DNA of 64,000 bases from Octopus sinensis (lineage: Eukaryota). Both the position numbers and the translations under genes were made by a program. The notes under the pieces were generated by a model. The model saw nothing but the letters and a program-made list of their open reading frames with translations. It had not been told where the DNA came from and did not search any database. The stretch covers positions 21,328,001-21,392,000 of the forward strand of contig NC_043010.1 of the NCBI RefSeq assembly GCF_006345805.1, read 5' to 3'. Below, in pieces: positions 13,356 through 26,816 of the stretch; position 1 is the first letter of the stretch, and each line of letters begins with the position of its first letter.

Positions 13356-14358
13356 TCTTTTCTTGAGTACTTTCGGTATTTAATATATACTTTCAAATTC
13401 CTTCTTGCTGGAATTTGTAGTAATCTCAGTTATAAATGATAGAAAGCGTTCGACATTATTCATTAAAAGAAAAGATATATTATTTGTTATATAATGCTTT
13501 TTAGCTTCGTTTATCTGTGCTTATCTGTGTTCAGAATTTAGGTAAGATATACGAATAGAAAATAAAAAAAAATTCAGGGAGTTTTGTAGCGTGACACTAT
13601 GTTCCTCGTTGTACAAGCGAATGTGTCACGATCAACGTACTTGCAACACTTGCCCCAGCTAGCAGCGAAAATTCAATGATATCACAATCTACAAAGTTAG
13701 AAATAGGAGGTAACTTGGACAAAGCAGCTCTAAATATATTTTACTCGGAAATCAGACGATATAATACTGATGCTTGGAATATATTTCGTCTGAAACTTGT
13801 TCAAACATGTCTGATACTGGGATGAGCAAATCAAGTTCGGTTTATGAGTTGTAATTACACCGACTAGTCAATACTTTTTATTCTATTACGCTCATTTATT
13901 CCATTAATCTATAAATACCTATAACCTACTGACTTCGTAACGACCAATAAAAACCGCTCTCCTATAAAATTTTCTTTTGTGTCTAGTGAAATGAAACCAT
14001 CACTAAGGTATAACGTGATTAAATGCATTGATCTCCTTGCATATCTATAAACTTCACTCTTTATAAACGGCAACAACTCAATGTATATATGATTGTTTTA
14101 TCTGTGAAATGTTAGCTTTTAGTAATTTTGTATTCATATACAAAATATTAACGTAATCACGTTATTGTCGTCGTTGTTGAATTAACCCTAGATCAACGTT
14201 TAGGAATGCTATGATCAAAGACATACGATGATCATTCCTTTCGCTTTTTGTAATGTGCAGAAAGGTTTTAGTTTGAGGAAAATCTGTCTGCTATTTCTAG
14301 AACGCTCATTGGATGGTAATGTGTTTTTTTCCGTTGTGCTTGTAAATAACTTCGCTCT

Positions 14359-14577
14359 ACTTACTCTTTTACTTGTTTCAGTCATGTGACTGTGGCCATG
14401 CTGGAGCACCGCCTTTAGTCGATCAAATCGACCCCAGAACTTATTGTTTGTAGGCCTAGTACTTATTCTATCGGTCTCTTTTGCCGAACCGCTAAGTTAC
14501 GGGGACCTAAACACACCAGCATAGGCTGTCAAGCGATGTTGGGGGGACAAACACAGACACACAAACACACCCATATA

Positions 14578-14650
<73 letters not shown>

Positions 14651-14685
14651 TATATATTATATATATATATATATATATAATATAT

Positions 14686-14749
<64 letters not shown>

Positions 14750-14870
14750 TATACGACGGGCTTCCTTCAGCTTCCATCTACCAAATCCACTCACAAGGCT
14801 TCAGTGGGACTGAACCGGGAACGATGTGTTTGGTAAGCAAGCTACTTACCCCACAGTCACTCCTACGCCT
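14359..14870 (-). mobile_element. tRNA-derived SINE (family 1) with about 200 bp of internal TA expansion and a small internal deletion
   Basis: Colinear with the 4153 copy; internal array at 14555-14755. Confidence 0.85.
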
Positions 14871-15853
14871 ACTTCAGAAAATTTCGTTCATGTCATTCAC
14901 AATATTATCTAACAATGTAAATTTAATCTTCATATGTATACAATCTTCTGATTACTCCTCGAAACAACATCCTACGAATAAATTAACTTTTGTGTGCATT
15001 CGTTAATTAAGTTAGAGAAACTAAGAACTTCATTAAAAAAAATATCAATTTCAGTATTGAACCTGAATCAGTATTCATCGAGGGAGTCAGCATTGATTTC
15101 TACTAATATAATCACGATTCCCTTGACTAGTAATTAGCAGTTTCAATTATATACAATATACAACACAGCAATTTACTGCTTTCCAATTAAAATGGGGTGA
15201 CTCTTTAACTTTGCTTTAATACAAACCACTTAAAATTACTTTTAGCACATATATACCTAATAAGGTAAATGTAATATTAGATGAATGCAGTTAATGAGTT
15301 AGCATAAAGCCATTCACCACTACATTCGTCTAGGAATCAAAGACCTACCGTCTCCTATTTGTGTGCATGTCTGTCTCTTTTTCTCTCTTTCTCTATTCTA
15401 GCCAAAATATAACGGCCTTTACTCAGGCACATTAAACACTAGTCAATCGTTAGCCGTCCTTTTCATCGAATTACGCGATGGGAAGTTCACGGCTGGAATG
15501 CACTTGGCTATACGTCTGTCTAATCAACAAGGCCCTAGAATCATTTAGTGACGTCAACAACAACACCAACAGCAATAACAATAAGGTGAGTTACTCCGAA
15601 CCAACCAAAGAACCTGAGCATAGTCGCAGGGGCTGTTAGATATACACTAGCCGCCAGACTTCTCTCATATGTAACTCTGCCGTCTTAAACAAAGAAAAAT
15701 ACTTCGAGCAATGTTCTCCCTGATGTACAAGACGATTGTTCTGGGTTGGAAAAATGGATTAATGTGCGTTTTTGTATGTGTACGCGAGTATATGTGTAAA
15801 TGTGTCCAACAAGTAATAGTAAATCATGATGTTATCTTTATATACATACATAC

Positions 15854-15901
<48 letters not shown>

Positions 15902-15906
<5 letters not shown>

Positions 15907-16419
15907 AAGTCAAATTGCGATAAAATAAATTATTATCGCTGGTATTTCTAGCACAAGCCATATATTTTTCATATATCAGTACATTAAGGCGAAATATGTG
16001 CTAGAAACACAGAAGCTAGATAAATTTAGTGAAATGAAGATAAAAACATTTACTAACTCGGTTCCTCTTAGACTGCAGTTTCGTTCTTTTCATCAATAAA
16101 GATAATTTATTTGCTCAGGGAGAATTCATCGGTAAGAGCCCTGTTGTTCTGAGATCCTAACTCACTAGAAGCTGGGGCTTCTAATGATTTGCTCTCTCTA
16201 ACTAATCAGATCACTGCGCAGACTCAGAACGTCCCGACAAAACTAGGGATTTCTGGTATATTGTCTAACGCTCAAAATTTATCGAGAAATATGTAAACAA
16301 GTCAAATTGCGATAAAATAAATTATTATCGCTGGTATTTCTAGCACAAGCCATATATTTTTCATATATCAGTACATTAAGGCGAAATATGTGCTAGAAAC
16401 ACAGAAGCTAGATAAATTT
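15902..16419. repeat. 126-bp identical direct repeat (15902-16027 and 16294-16419)
   Basis: TAAACAAGTCAAATTGCG...GCTAGATAAATTT present twice at offset 392. Confidence 0.9.
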
Positions 16420-16640
16420 GGAGGCGCAATGGCCTAGTGGTTAGGGCAGCGGACTTGCGGTCGGAGGATCGCGGTTTCGATTCCCAGACCGGGCGTTGTG
16501 TGTGTTTATTGAGCGAAAAAAACACCTAAAAGCTCCACGAGGCTCCGGCAGGAGGTGGTGATCCCTGCTGTACTCTTTCACCACTCTAAAGGCGGTGCTC
16601 CAGCATGGCCGCAGTCGAAATGACTGAAACAAGTACAAAA
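16420..16640 (+). mobile_element. tRNA-derived SINE (different head, family-1 tail)
   Basis: A box TGGCCTAGTGG at 16430-16440, B-box-like GTTTCGATTCC at 16474-16484. Tail AAGGCGGTGCTCCAGCATGGCCGCAGTC..TGACTGAAACAAGTA, then an A run. Confidence 0.8.
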
Positions 16641-16679
16641 AAAAAAAAAAATATATATATATATGTGTGTGTGTGTATA

Positions 16680-16933
16680 CAAAATATGGGGGTTTAGTTC
16701 ACAGGTGATCTAAAGGACTAGGTACTCTGGGTAAGTGCTGTAATGGATTACCAGGGTTCCAACGTCATAACCGAGATGGGAGATATGGAACGATTGTAGA
16801 TTTCCGATGTAGCGGATATATGATTGCTAAAGAGGACAACAAACGCTAAGGCAAGGCAAACATCTCAAGTCATATACGTTATTATTACTGGAAAAACATT
16901 GGAGAAATATTTTTCCAATAATAATAACATATG
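16680..16933 (-). repeat. Dispersed repeat, HHR-associated tail family (also at 37570-37720 and 42360-42607)
   Basis: Shared GTTCACAGGTGATCTAAA, GGGAGATATGGAACGATTGTAGATTT, TAAAGAGGACAACAA; hairpin at the right end. Confidence 0.8.
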
Positions 16934-17079
16934 AAGAAGGAGTACGGTTGGGCATTTATATATTATTCGCTACAATTGTTTCGAAGCAACGTAGTTCTCC
17001 AAGAATACAGGTATTTGATTAAGCAACCATTTGTTTGCATAAGGAGATCTAGTTATGCCGGCCAAACGCGCTCTCACGG

Positions 17080-18520
17080 CTGGACAGAAGCAAGTCCATG
17101 CTGTCCAACAGCATCTCCATCGTGGGAGAAGCACTGGGGCGAGATACGAGTAGGGCGAGAGAAAGCTATTCCTAAAAGGTCGGGCGAAGGTGGTAAACGC
17201 GTACATCGCATCCGTCATCGATTACCGTCTGACCGTCGTGCCTTGACCCGATCCTACTACCACCAAACTGGAACGCATATTCTTCCGCTTCTTGTGGAAG
17301 GGAAGTGTTCCAATGGTTAGGCGATCCATTTTCTGTCAATATCCGCTAAATGGAGGGCTGGGCATACCGTGGTTGATGCGCAGTCATGCGCTGAGACTGC
17401 GACATCTCCGGTGCTTCAAAGGCGACGGTAAACAGGTGTGGTCGCCGTTTGTACGGCGCGCTTTTTCGCAGCTCGTCTCTTTGGCCGAACTGCAGTCGTG
17501 GATCAAACAGAGACCGAGGCTAGGCGAATGTCACTGCGAGTGCCGCCTTGCTCTCAAGCAACTCTGCCGTCCGGGACCATGCTTGTGCAACTTCAATTCT
17601 ATAAAAGGCGTTCTATAGAGGATTATTGGAGGGGAGGTGCGACGATGTTCTCGGGCAGGATCTGGGCGTCGACGAGGAACACTTGACCCGCCTGTTCAGG
17701 ACAACTTTCGGGCCGGGACCTATGGACAATCACCAAAGATCCCTGGCCTGGCAGTGCTATCGAGAAGCATTGCCCGTTCGGGATAAGCTCTACAGGTTCG
17801 AGACACACTGGACCGACTTGTCCGAGATGCGGTCAGAGCGACGAAACCGTTCTGCATGCAACGTGCGGTGTCCAGCCATTTCGAACCTGTAGGCTTATGC
17901 CGAACGGCTGCTGTCACGTGTGGGACGAGTTCGCTTGTCGGCCGCGTCTATCATGAAACTTGCTCTGCCACCTTCCATTAACCGGGAAGGAAAGGCAGTG
18001 TCCAGTGGCTATGGTGAAAGAATGTGTGTGGTGGACTCGAGCGAAAAGATTAGAGACAAACACTTTCCTCTCTGGCTAATCGCTCATCGACGTTATCATG
18101 TACTACTTGGAAAGGACGGTGAGAAAAGAGAGGCAAGTTTTGACTCGTGAGAGATTCAATAAAAGGTGGGTGAATGTAGCAAAGATGGTACGCGAGAAGT
18201 ACGAAACCACTTTGAGCATGATACTGTAAATCGAAAAAAGAGACAGAGAGCACTCATGTGTTTTTCCCCTCCCTGCCTGAGGTTACCGTGGTTTTTTCAT
18301 TAGGCTTTTCTCTCCACGGATAAACCTAGTCTGTTTTTTTTTTTTTACATTTATGATATTTTCTCCCTTTTTTTCTCCCGATGCCTTTTGATCGCGTTTT
18401 TTCCCCGATCCCTTTTTAATCGGAAAACTATTTTCTCCTATTTTTGTCTATTTTCAAATGAAAAGCTCTACATTGCATTTTGTCCCCTCTGTATTCGGCC
18501 CTGTGTGGCTAATAATGAAA
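17080..18520 (+). mobile_element. Tx1/L1-like LINE: ORF2 C-terminal part plus 3' UTR, 5'-truncated and frameshifted
   Basis: LFLKGRAKVVNAYIASVIDYRLTVVP, KLERIFFRFLWKGSVPMVRRSIFCQYPLNGGLGIP, AWQCYREALPVRDKLYR; T-rich 3' UTR ending GGCTAATAATGAAA. Confidence 0.85.
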
Positions 18521-18521
18521 C

Positions 18522-18522
<1 letters not shown>

Positions 18523-18592
<70 letters not shown>

Positions 18593-18601
18593 CCTACCTA
18601 C

Positions 18602-18632
<31 letters not shown>
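18523..18632. repeat. (TATC)n microsatellite at the LINE 3' end
   Basis: Direct reading. Confidence 0.95.
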
Positions 18633-18633
<1 letters not shown>

Positions 18634-19273
18634 ATTAATACTTGTTTTGATGTTCAGTTATACAAACAATTACATTTTACATTGACTTAATGGCCTACTA
18701 TACTTTTGTAGATTACAAATTAATTATTCTTAAACTAGAATATTATTGAGATTGACTTTCGGTTGTCTGGCGATGGCTTAGCTGACTGAAACTTCGAAGT
18801 CACTGTCAATAATATACTAGTTTAAGAATAATATATATATAAATGTGTGTGTATTTGTTTGTTTGATGTCTGTATGTGTGTGTGTGTGTGTGTGTGTTTA
18901 TGTATATGTGTGGTTGTCTTCTCCTGTGTAAGTTTTAAGTGTATGTATGTGAGCCAGTAATTAATTTGCATAGCCTTCGTGGCTATAAATATTTATATGT
19001 CAGCCATCCTTTACTTCTAACAAAAACTTTTGTACAGCTCAAAGTTTTACTCTCTCTCTAGAAATATCTATTAGTGTCTATTTCAACCCATTTAATGTGA
19101 CTCACCTTGTCTATTTTGTTTTTCTAAGAAAAGCGTTCGTCATAGCAATTCTACGTATATGTCTATAAAGCTACACGCCAAAGATATTTACCCTGAATTA
19201 GAACTGCTAAGCTGTGCATTACTGATATTATTTTTGAAAAATTCACTACTGTTACAATGGAAGCTAGAACGTA

Positions 19274-19309
<36 letters not shown>

Positions 19310-19554
19310 TCATACATCATATATACATATGCATCGTACATCATTTATGCTCATTATGCATACATGCATACATGCATACATACATTTTCCTTCTCTCTCC
19401 GTTTTTTCTTTCCCTCTTTTATTTACCTCTAAATCCTTTCTGTCGAAGAGCGTAGACTCGAAACATAAAAGACATTTCCATTCTTCTCGGGCGTTAAACG
19501 AATACACCTGCTTGTTATTCCTACACCTGTTTTCAGTAAATTTGAACTATATAT

Positions 19555-19745
19555 ATATGTGTGTGTATGTGTGTATACATACATATATACGTGTGTGTGT
19601 ATACATGTGTGTGTGTATACATACATATATACGTGTGTGTGTATACATGTGTGTGTATACATACATATATACGTGTGTGTGTGTATACATGCGCGCATGT
19701 GTGCATAAATACGTGTGTGTGTGTATAAATACGTGTGTGTGTGAG
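19555..19745. repeat. Microsatellite-derived minisatellite with a unit of about 32-34 bp
   Basis: GTGTGTATACATACATATATACGTGTGTGTGTATACAT repeated three times, then degenerate copies. Confidence 0.8.
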
Positions 19746-19792
19746 AGGGTAACATACTTGATATGAGTGCGCAACAAGCAACATAATCAAAG

Positions 19793-19935
19793 AGTCTAGG
19801 ACATTTACCGCCCCACTGGAAAATAACACCAGGTGATGATTTAAAACGTCTTAATATATTGGAGAGGGGGTTATTGTCCTAGGAGGTAGTTGTCGTCGGG
19901 AGGAAGTGTCATATGCGGGTAACTATCATCGGGCG
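19793..19935. mobile_element. Possible short MITE
   Basis: Degenerate terminal inverted repeats GTCTAGGACATTTACCGCCCC and GGGGGTTAATGGTCCTGATAC. Confidence 0.35.
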
Positions 19936-20019
19936 GGGGTTAATGGTCCTGATACATAATTGAATGCTAAAATATTAAATTCGATTTCACTACTCTCTTT
20001 TATTGAGGGAATTAATAAC

Positions 20020-20445
20020 CATAATCATTTCTACTACAGGCACAAGGCCTGGAATTGAATAGGAAGGATCTCGTCGATTACATTGTCTCCAGTGATCAGT
20101 CGGCACTTTATTTCATCGATCCCAAGGTCTACCTAGGTGAGAATTAAACTCAGAACATTAGCCGTAAGAAATACCGCAACCACTTTGTCCGGGGTGCTAC
20201 CGATTTTGATAGATCGTCGCCTTGGAAATAATCCTTTCCATTATTGGCACAAGGCCTGAAATTTTGGGGGAGGGGACTAGTCGATTACATCGACCCCAGA
20301 ATTTTACTGGTATGTAATTTATCGACACCGAAAGGATGAAAGGCAAAGTCGACCTCGGCGGAATTTGAACTCAGAACGTAACGACGGGCGAAATACCGCT
20401 AAGAAATTCGTCCAGTGTGTTAATGATTCTGCCAGCTCGCCGCCT
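20020..20445 (-). mobile_element. Two tandem tRNA-derived SINEs (family 2), left copy older
   Basis: Minus head AGGCGGCGAGCTGGCAGAATC...GTTCTGAGTTCAAATTCCGCCGAGGTCGAC; tail CCTCCCCCAAAATTTCAGGCCTTGTGCC. Confidence 0.8.
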
Positions 20446-20861
20446 AGGTAATAATAATGATACATGACCATTATATGATGTGTGAGACTCCAAGAAATTA
20501 TGATGAATTCTTCTGGAATAATAGCTGAACCAATAAGATTTCCTGCTGCACTTCGTTGAACGGCAAAGGAAAATGGTAAAACAAAAAGTATTAGTAGAAA
20601 TATACAGAAGTAAACACATGATGTACACTAAAATAAAATCTAAAGGGAATTCTATAAAATGTATCATTTATTTGCCTAAGTTTTCCAATAACTATGGTGA
20701 GTTATTCATATTTCGCATTTTTTACTGAATTTGTCAAATCGGAGAAGTAATTTATGTACACCCTGTATATGCATGCATACTCACATATAAAAAGAGAAAG
20801 CGAGAAATACAGTAGAGGGTCGGCTTTCGAACAACTGCGATCAGGAATAAGTCGTGCTTGA

Positions 20862-20995
<134 letters not shown>

Positions 20996-21025
20996 ATATA
21001 TATATGTATGTATATATATATATTT

Positions 21026-21179
21026 GTAAAGTAATATGTGACAATTATTCGGTAGCCAAGATAAAACTCTGAGTTCTGATGCCAGATAACCGAAGAGATG
21101 GTGGTACGGATTTCCACCTCGGCATCCGAAACTCGGAGTTCTATCATGGCTACCGAATAGCTGTCACATATTATTTTAC
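21026..21179. repeat. Inverted repeat (21026-21083 / 21121-21179) built around a degenerate HHR
   Basis: GTAAAGTAATATGTGACAATTATTCGGTAGCC...GATGCC versus GGCATC...GGCTACCGAATAGCTGTCACATATTATTTTAC. Confidence 0.85.
21081..21150 (+). ncRNA. Degenerate type I HHR with CCGAAGA core
   Basis: CCGAAGA at 21090-21096, stem II GATG/CATC, GAAA at 21128-21131, stem III CTC-G-GAG, GUU site, stem I GATA/TATC with a mismatch next to the core. Confidence 0.5.
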
Positions 21180-21234
21180 AGATAAATTCCTCTATTTACA
21201 TAATATTGAGGTCTCTTTCTTTCTTTTGTTATCT

Positions 21235-21284
<50 letters not shown>

Positions 21285-21364
21285 ATACATATATATATAT
21301 ACATATATATATTAAAGCACGATTTATTCGTGATCAGAGTTATTCGAAAGCCTAGGTATTACTG

Positions 21365-21431
<67 letters not shown>

Positions 21432-21870
21432 ATAATATAAAAACAGAGAGAGAGAGAGAGGGGAGAGAGGGGAGAGAGAGAGCTATAATCTGAGTGAAAA
21501 AGTAAATATCTGCAAACACACTGTGCCCGACATTCATAGTTACAAAGGTCAGATTTCGAATCAAGAAAATGAAAAACTAGAGAGAAAATAACCTGAAAGT
21601 ATTTACGTATAGAATGCGCTTGCTAACATAGGGACTTAAGTACTTAAAGATCCCCACCCCGCTCTACCTTGACATATAGGAACTTCGAAGCATATAAAAA
21701 GAAACCAACATTTCCGTCTACGGATAAGTTTTCTCTAGTCTATTCATAGAACAAAAACCATCATCTTCTTTATATACGATTAGAACAAGATATATTTGAC
21801 TAGATAACAATGTAAGCCAAATCATATATATATGTACACACACACACACACGCGCACACACGCACACACG

Positions 21871-21933
<63 letters not shown>

Positions 21934-22258
21934 GTATATATCTATTCCTGAGCGTTATACTAATACATCTGTTTGTTTTGTACGCCACCTATCTTCGTCT
22001 TTTGTTTTTTTCGTAAACTCTCCCTACACACACACACACACACATATATATATATTTAATATACAATGTTGTTTTCCTGTATAAGCATATATATTGATAT
22101 TTGCGTAAACATATGTGCGTGAGTTTGTGTATCTTCATGTATGTGCATACATGCATGTTGTTTATATCTTTATAGATATTCTTCTTTACATTTTATTCGT
22201 AGATGCTAGATGTATCCAACCAAACATAGATGCATCGACTTGATAATATGTGCCTATA

Positions 22259-22327
<69 letters not shown>

Positions 22328-22991
22328 TTATTTATTTATAGATGTATTTGTATATGTGTATATATATTGTTTTTAGAGATGCAACTATATGTAAATGTAT
22401 AAACATACGCATACACACACACACATATATATATTATACGGGGACTTATTCGGACCATGGACTAAGGGACTCACTCGAACCAGGAACAATATTAACTCCA
22501 GAACAGTGAATTTCAGGCCATGTTTACATTTTAGGAGGTTCCTGCTAGCTTTTTAGAGCCCATAAGGTGGCGGCAGAGCTGGAAGTCGATATCCAATTGC
22601 AAAGGGAGATAATCCTCAATTGTTACCTTCAGGTAGCGAGGCTTTTTCTCCTCCATATTTTGAACAGCTCTTGGGGCAACAACTTTTTGGGATCTGACGA
22701 TATGCCATAAACCTAAACCGTTTATGGACGGGAAATCTAAGGTAATTCAATATACCGGCCGTCCCTATTTTTAATATATATATATATATAGCGGAGAATT
22801 TTTCTAAAATTTTTTTGCTACCCTAAGATTTATTAATTAATGTTAAAAGGTTTTTTGGCTAATTTTGAAAGAAAATCGGCAATTATATTTACTACTGAAA
22901 AAACCGCGCGTGCGTGGTGGATTTTGAAAAGTTATAACATATAGACTCGAGGTATGGTCCTTATCGCCTCGTGCCTATATGTTCGCCTTGG

Positions 22992-23085
22992 TTTCCTGCT
23001 GAAGATGGCAACGCCAATTGTAAAGTAAAGTCATTTTATTTTATTTACAAAAGATTGCCGAAACTATGCATAGTCCAAGTAGGAT
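22992..23085 (+). ncRNA. Type I hammerhead ribozyme
   Basis: CTGAAGA at 22999-23005, extra T, stem II GGCAA/TTGCC with an inner TTGTAAA/TTTACAA hairpin, GAAA at 23060-23063, palindromic ACTATGCATAGT stem III, GUC site at 23073-23075, bulged stem I. Confidence 0.7.
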
Positions 23086-23129
23086 AGGGTAAACGTTTTT
23101 ATTTCTCTTTCCCTTTATTAGTGGTTTGG

Positions 23130-23308
23130 AGTTTAACTGCTCTTTCTAGTGAGTCAGATGTCCTATTATGGTCATCTCTTACGTGTTTAAATGCACACTG
23201 TATTTTTCTATGAATAATATATAGTCTATTGATTATTCTTTCCTTCTCGCTAGACCACTGGTAGCGGAGAATTTTTCTAAAAATTTTTTTTGCTACCCTA
23301 AGATTTAT
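23130..23308 (+). repeat. Tail of the 23.0-kb HHR element; second copy at 39020-39205, terminal 40 bp also at 22792-22833
   Basis: GGAGTTTAACTGCTCTTTCTAGTGAGTCAGATGTCC...GCGGAGAATTTTTCTAAAATTT..GCTACC.TAAGATTTA. Confidence 0.85.
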
Positions 23309-23360
23309 TATATATATATCTATATATATATACTTTATTTTAAGCAGCAGAAAATTCAAC

Positions 23361-23408
23361 AAAATCTGTTACTCTGAGTTTCTCGTTGCCGTTCATCAGA
23401 CAGTTTTT
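23361..23408 (-). ncRNA. Minimal type I hammerhead ribozyme
   Basis: Minus strand CTGT-CTGATGA-ACGGCAACGA-GAAA-CTCAGAG-TA-ACAG: stem I CTGT/ACAG, GCAA tetraloop on stem II (A-A mismatch at its base), 3-bp stem III, GUA site. Confidence 0.65.
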
Positions 23409-23561
23409 GCTAGAATGGAACTTATATATTAATTCAATCTATACTCTTACAAACGCTACACCTTTAAAAAGAAATGGACTTGTTTGATTGGCCCTTTAGA
23501 AAAAACGGTCAATCTTCGAGCGATAAACAAAAAGGTCAAAAATATATGTATATATATATTA

Positions 23562-23615
<54 letters not shown>

Positions 23616-24321
23616 TTATGTAAGATTTGTGTATACACATAGTAGTATGTCGATTAAAGAACTTTTACTGTCTATGGTTACCTGATGTCATCCACAATTT
23701 TAATATGTCACTGGATCTACCTCAGGAACCATGCAGTGTGATGAATAAAGATCCTCGTGAATTCCATTATTCGTTTTCTTCATTTGTTGCATATATATAT
23801 CACATTCACTGACAAGTATGAAAGCGCATATTGGTATTAGGTCTGAATTTAGCCTGTGGTAGTATTTTGTCTGGAAAATAGATATAAAGTTACAAAATTT
23901 ATCTAGTGGTTTATTCCTAATTTTCCTAAGCTCGTAACTGTTTTGTTTCATACAATTGATTCGTCCCTGTTTTCTCTGTTAGGTGCAATTTTCAACAGAA
24001 GGACTGTAAATTTGCGTCCAGTATTTCATTGTGGTGTTAGAGCATTGTGATGTCGGAGTAAATAAAATATAGGACTTTTGAGAGTATATTAATTTCATGT
24101 ACTGGAATGATACCTTTGGTTTGTACCCTCGTGTATAAATATATATATATATGTGTAACCTTATGTGAATCTTTGGCGACTTTTTTCCTCCGTTCTCCTT
24201 TTCTATTGGACTTGCCTCTGTTTCTGAAGAAGTGCTTTAAAACCAACTTTCTTTCCTTCCCTGAGCTTCTGCTAATACTTTACATATACAACGTCCTCGT
24301 GTCTTTTGTGTTTGTCCTATA

Positions 24322-24362
<41 letters not shown>

Positions 24363-24376
24363 CATACATACATACA

Positions 24377-24412
<36 letters not shown>

Positions 24413-24544
24413 TATCTATACATATACATACATATATTTATATATATATACATACACACACACATATCTATATATATATATATATTGACAGATATTAAAT
24501 AAACCTACCTATATAAGTTCGGTCTCATTACATATATAGTGGCA

Positions 24545-25085
24545 GGGAGATTAACAGAAGGAGATGTGCAGATCAAACCGTGTACAGAAAGAATGTTCAA
24601 AACGTACAGACGTAAAGCCACAATGAAGCTGTGTGTACATTGATGAGTAGATATCAGCGTATTTCATTATTATTGCAAGGCCTGGACTCCTTATTGGCAT
24701 CACATCAAAGAGCTTGAAGGGCTTCACCAATCAAAACTTCGCTCATTTCTTAGCATTTGCAAGGAATAAATGACGAACGACATGCCTCAGGAGGAGAAAT
24801 ATCAAGCACTGATCAGCTGCCCTAGATTGGCCATGTTCAGAGACGACTAATAAAGGATTACGAAAGACCATATTTTATTTTGAAAGGAAAATATTACTAT
24901 AGAAGATAAGTAGTGAGGTCCAGAGACGTCGGGAAGTGGGACTTCACACTCTAAGGCACCCAACCGAAGGAGTCTGAGAGCGTTGAGAAATATGAAAATG
25001 AATAGATGAATCTGTACTGACTTGGAAAAAGACGAAATATAAGTATCCAAACTGGGATGGCGAACTCGTAGTAAACCTACAACGA
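24545..25085 (+). mobile_element. RTE-clade LINE, decayed 3' fragment
   Basis: WTPYWHHIKELEGLHQSKLRSFLSICK, then LPxIGHV-like (CTGCCCTAGATTGGCCATGTT) and R-S-R-G-R-like motifs typical of post-RT RTE regions. Confidence 0.65.
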
Positions 25086-25099
25086 TTGCTATCTATCTA

Positions 25100-25168
<69 letters not shown>

Positions 25169-25334
25169 CTCTCTCACTCTCTCTATTAACCAACAAAACA
25201 ACCAACCAGCCTACCTACCTACATACATACCTACATATCTATCAATCAATCTATCTATCGATCTGTCTTTACAAACACACACAGAGAAACATAAACACGC
25301 GCACACACATACAGTTATACAAAAACATGTATAA

Positions 25335-25403
<69 letters not shown>

Positions 25404-25425
25404 GCATATATATATATATATATAT

Positions 25426-26719
25426 AGGAGATAAATAAAAATATATGCATACATACAAACAATATGTACGTACCTACATCTACATGTATATACATGCATA
25501 TATAAATAATTATACGGAAGTACAGGACATCACAATAAGACGTAAAACAGAAAAAGCCAAAAAACAAAACAAAGAAACGGAAACGAAAAACAAATACAGG
25601 ACAGGTTACACAAGGACAAAACCCCCGTCATCAGCTGTCGCTAGAGGAGTCAGCATGTTCGAAGGCATAACAGAACACTAATCCAATAGGCCTTCCTGCG
25701 AGAGAATTAAAATAAAATTTCAAGCAGCGGGGCACAATGAGTACGAACACAAACAAGACGACGTAACATAAGACTGCAAAATATAAAATATGTACAAAAA
25801 ACAAACACAGAGGACGAACGAAAAAGCCTTTTTTCTGGCATATACAAACAATAAAACTGCAAAAATAAAAATATAATGTACAAAAAGTACAATTAGTTAC
25901 AAAACGAAAAATAACAAGAATACTATACAGGAAATTAACCACACAAGGGGACGAACGAAGAAGCCTTTTGCTGGCGGAACGAAAGTGTAGTAGCAGCGCG
26001 TGGAGGCAGTCTTTTCAATAGTGGTAACCACGTGTAAAGGAATTTGTTTATAGGCAAGGAACAGGGAAGGAGGAGGGGGACACGCGGCGAAGAGAGAGGA
26101 GGAGGGGGAGGGAGGAAAGATTGAAGAGGTTAAAGCAAAAGGGAGAGAGTACCGCATCTTCAATATAATATATTAATATAAAAAAGGGGACCAAGAAGTG
26201 GATCGAAAGACGAATCGGAACGAACCTGATGCGGGCGCTGTCAGACAATAAGGAGATAAATAAAAATATATGCATACATACAAACATATATGTACGTACC
26301 TACATCTACATGTATATATACATGCATATATAAATAATTATACGGAAGTACAGGACATCACAATAAGACGTAGAAACAGAAAAAGCCAAAAAACAAAAAA
26401 CAAAGAAACGGAAAACGAAAAACAAATACAGGACAGGTTACACAAGGACAAAACCCCCGTCATCAGCTGTCGCTAGAGGATCAGGCATGTTCGAAGGCAT
26501 AACAAAACACTAATCCAATAGGCTTCCTGCGAGAGAATTAAAATAAAATTTCAAGCAGCGGGGCACAATGAGTACGAACACAAACAAGACGTAACAATAA
26601 GACTGCAAAATTAAAATAATGTACAAAAACAACACAGAGGACGAACGAAAAAGCCTTTTTCTGCATAGACAACAATAAAACTGCAAAAATAAAAATACAT
26701 GTACAAAAAGTACAATTAG

Positions 26720-26722
<3 letters not shown>
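25426..26722. repeat. About 473-bp direct repeats (25426-25899 and 26251-26722) flanking a unique 350-bp core
   Basis: AGGAGATAAATAAAAATATATGCATAC...AAAGTACAATTAGTTA twice, differing mainly by small indels. Confidence 0.9.

Positions 26723-26816
<94 letters not shown>

Noticed and set aside
23620-24110. Possible very old PLE GIY-YIG relic on the minus strand
   Set aside because: The motifs could not be read convincingly in a single frame.
25600-25670. CTGATGA (minus strand) in the 473-bp repeats, and similarly at 48997 and 50609
   Set aside because: No correctly placed GAAA, stem III and NUH could be folded.
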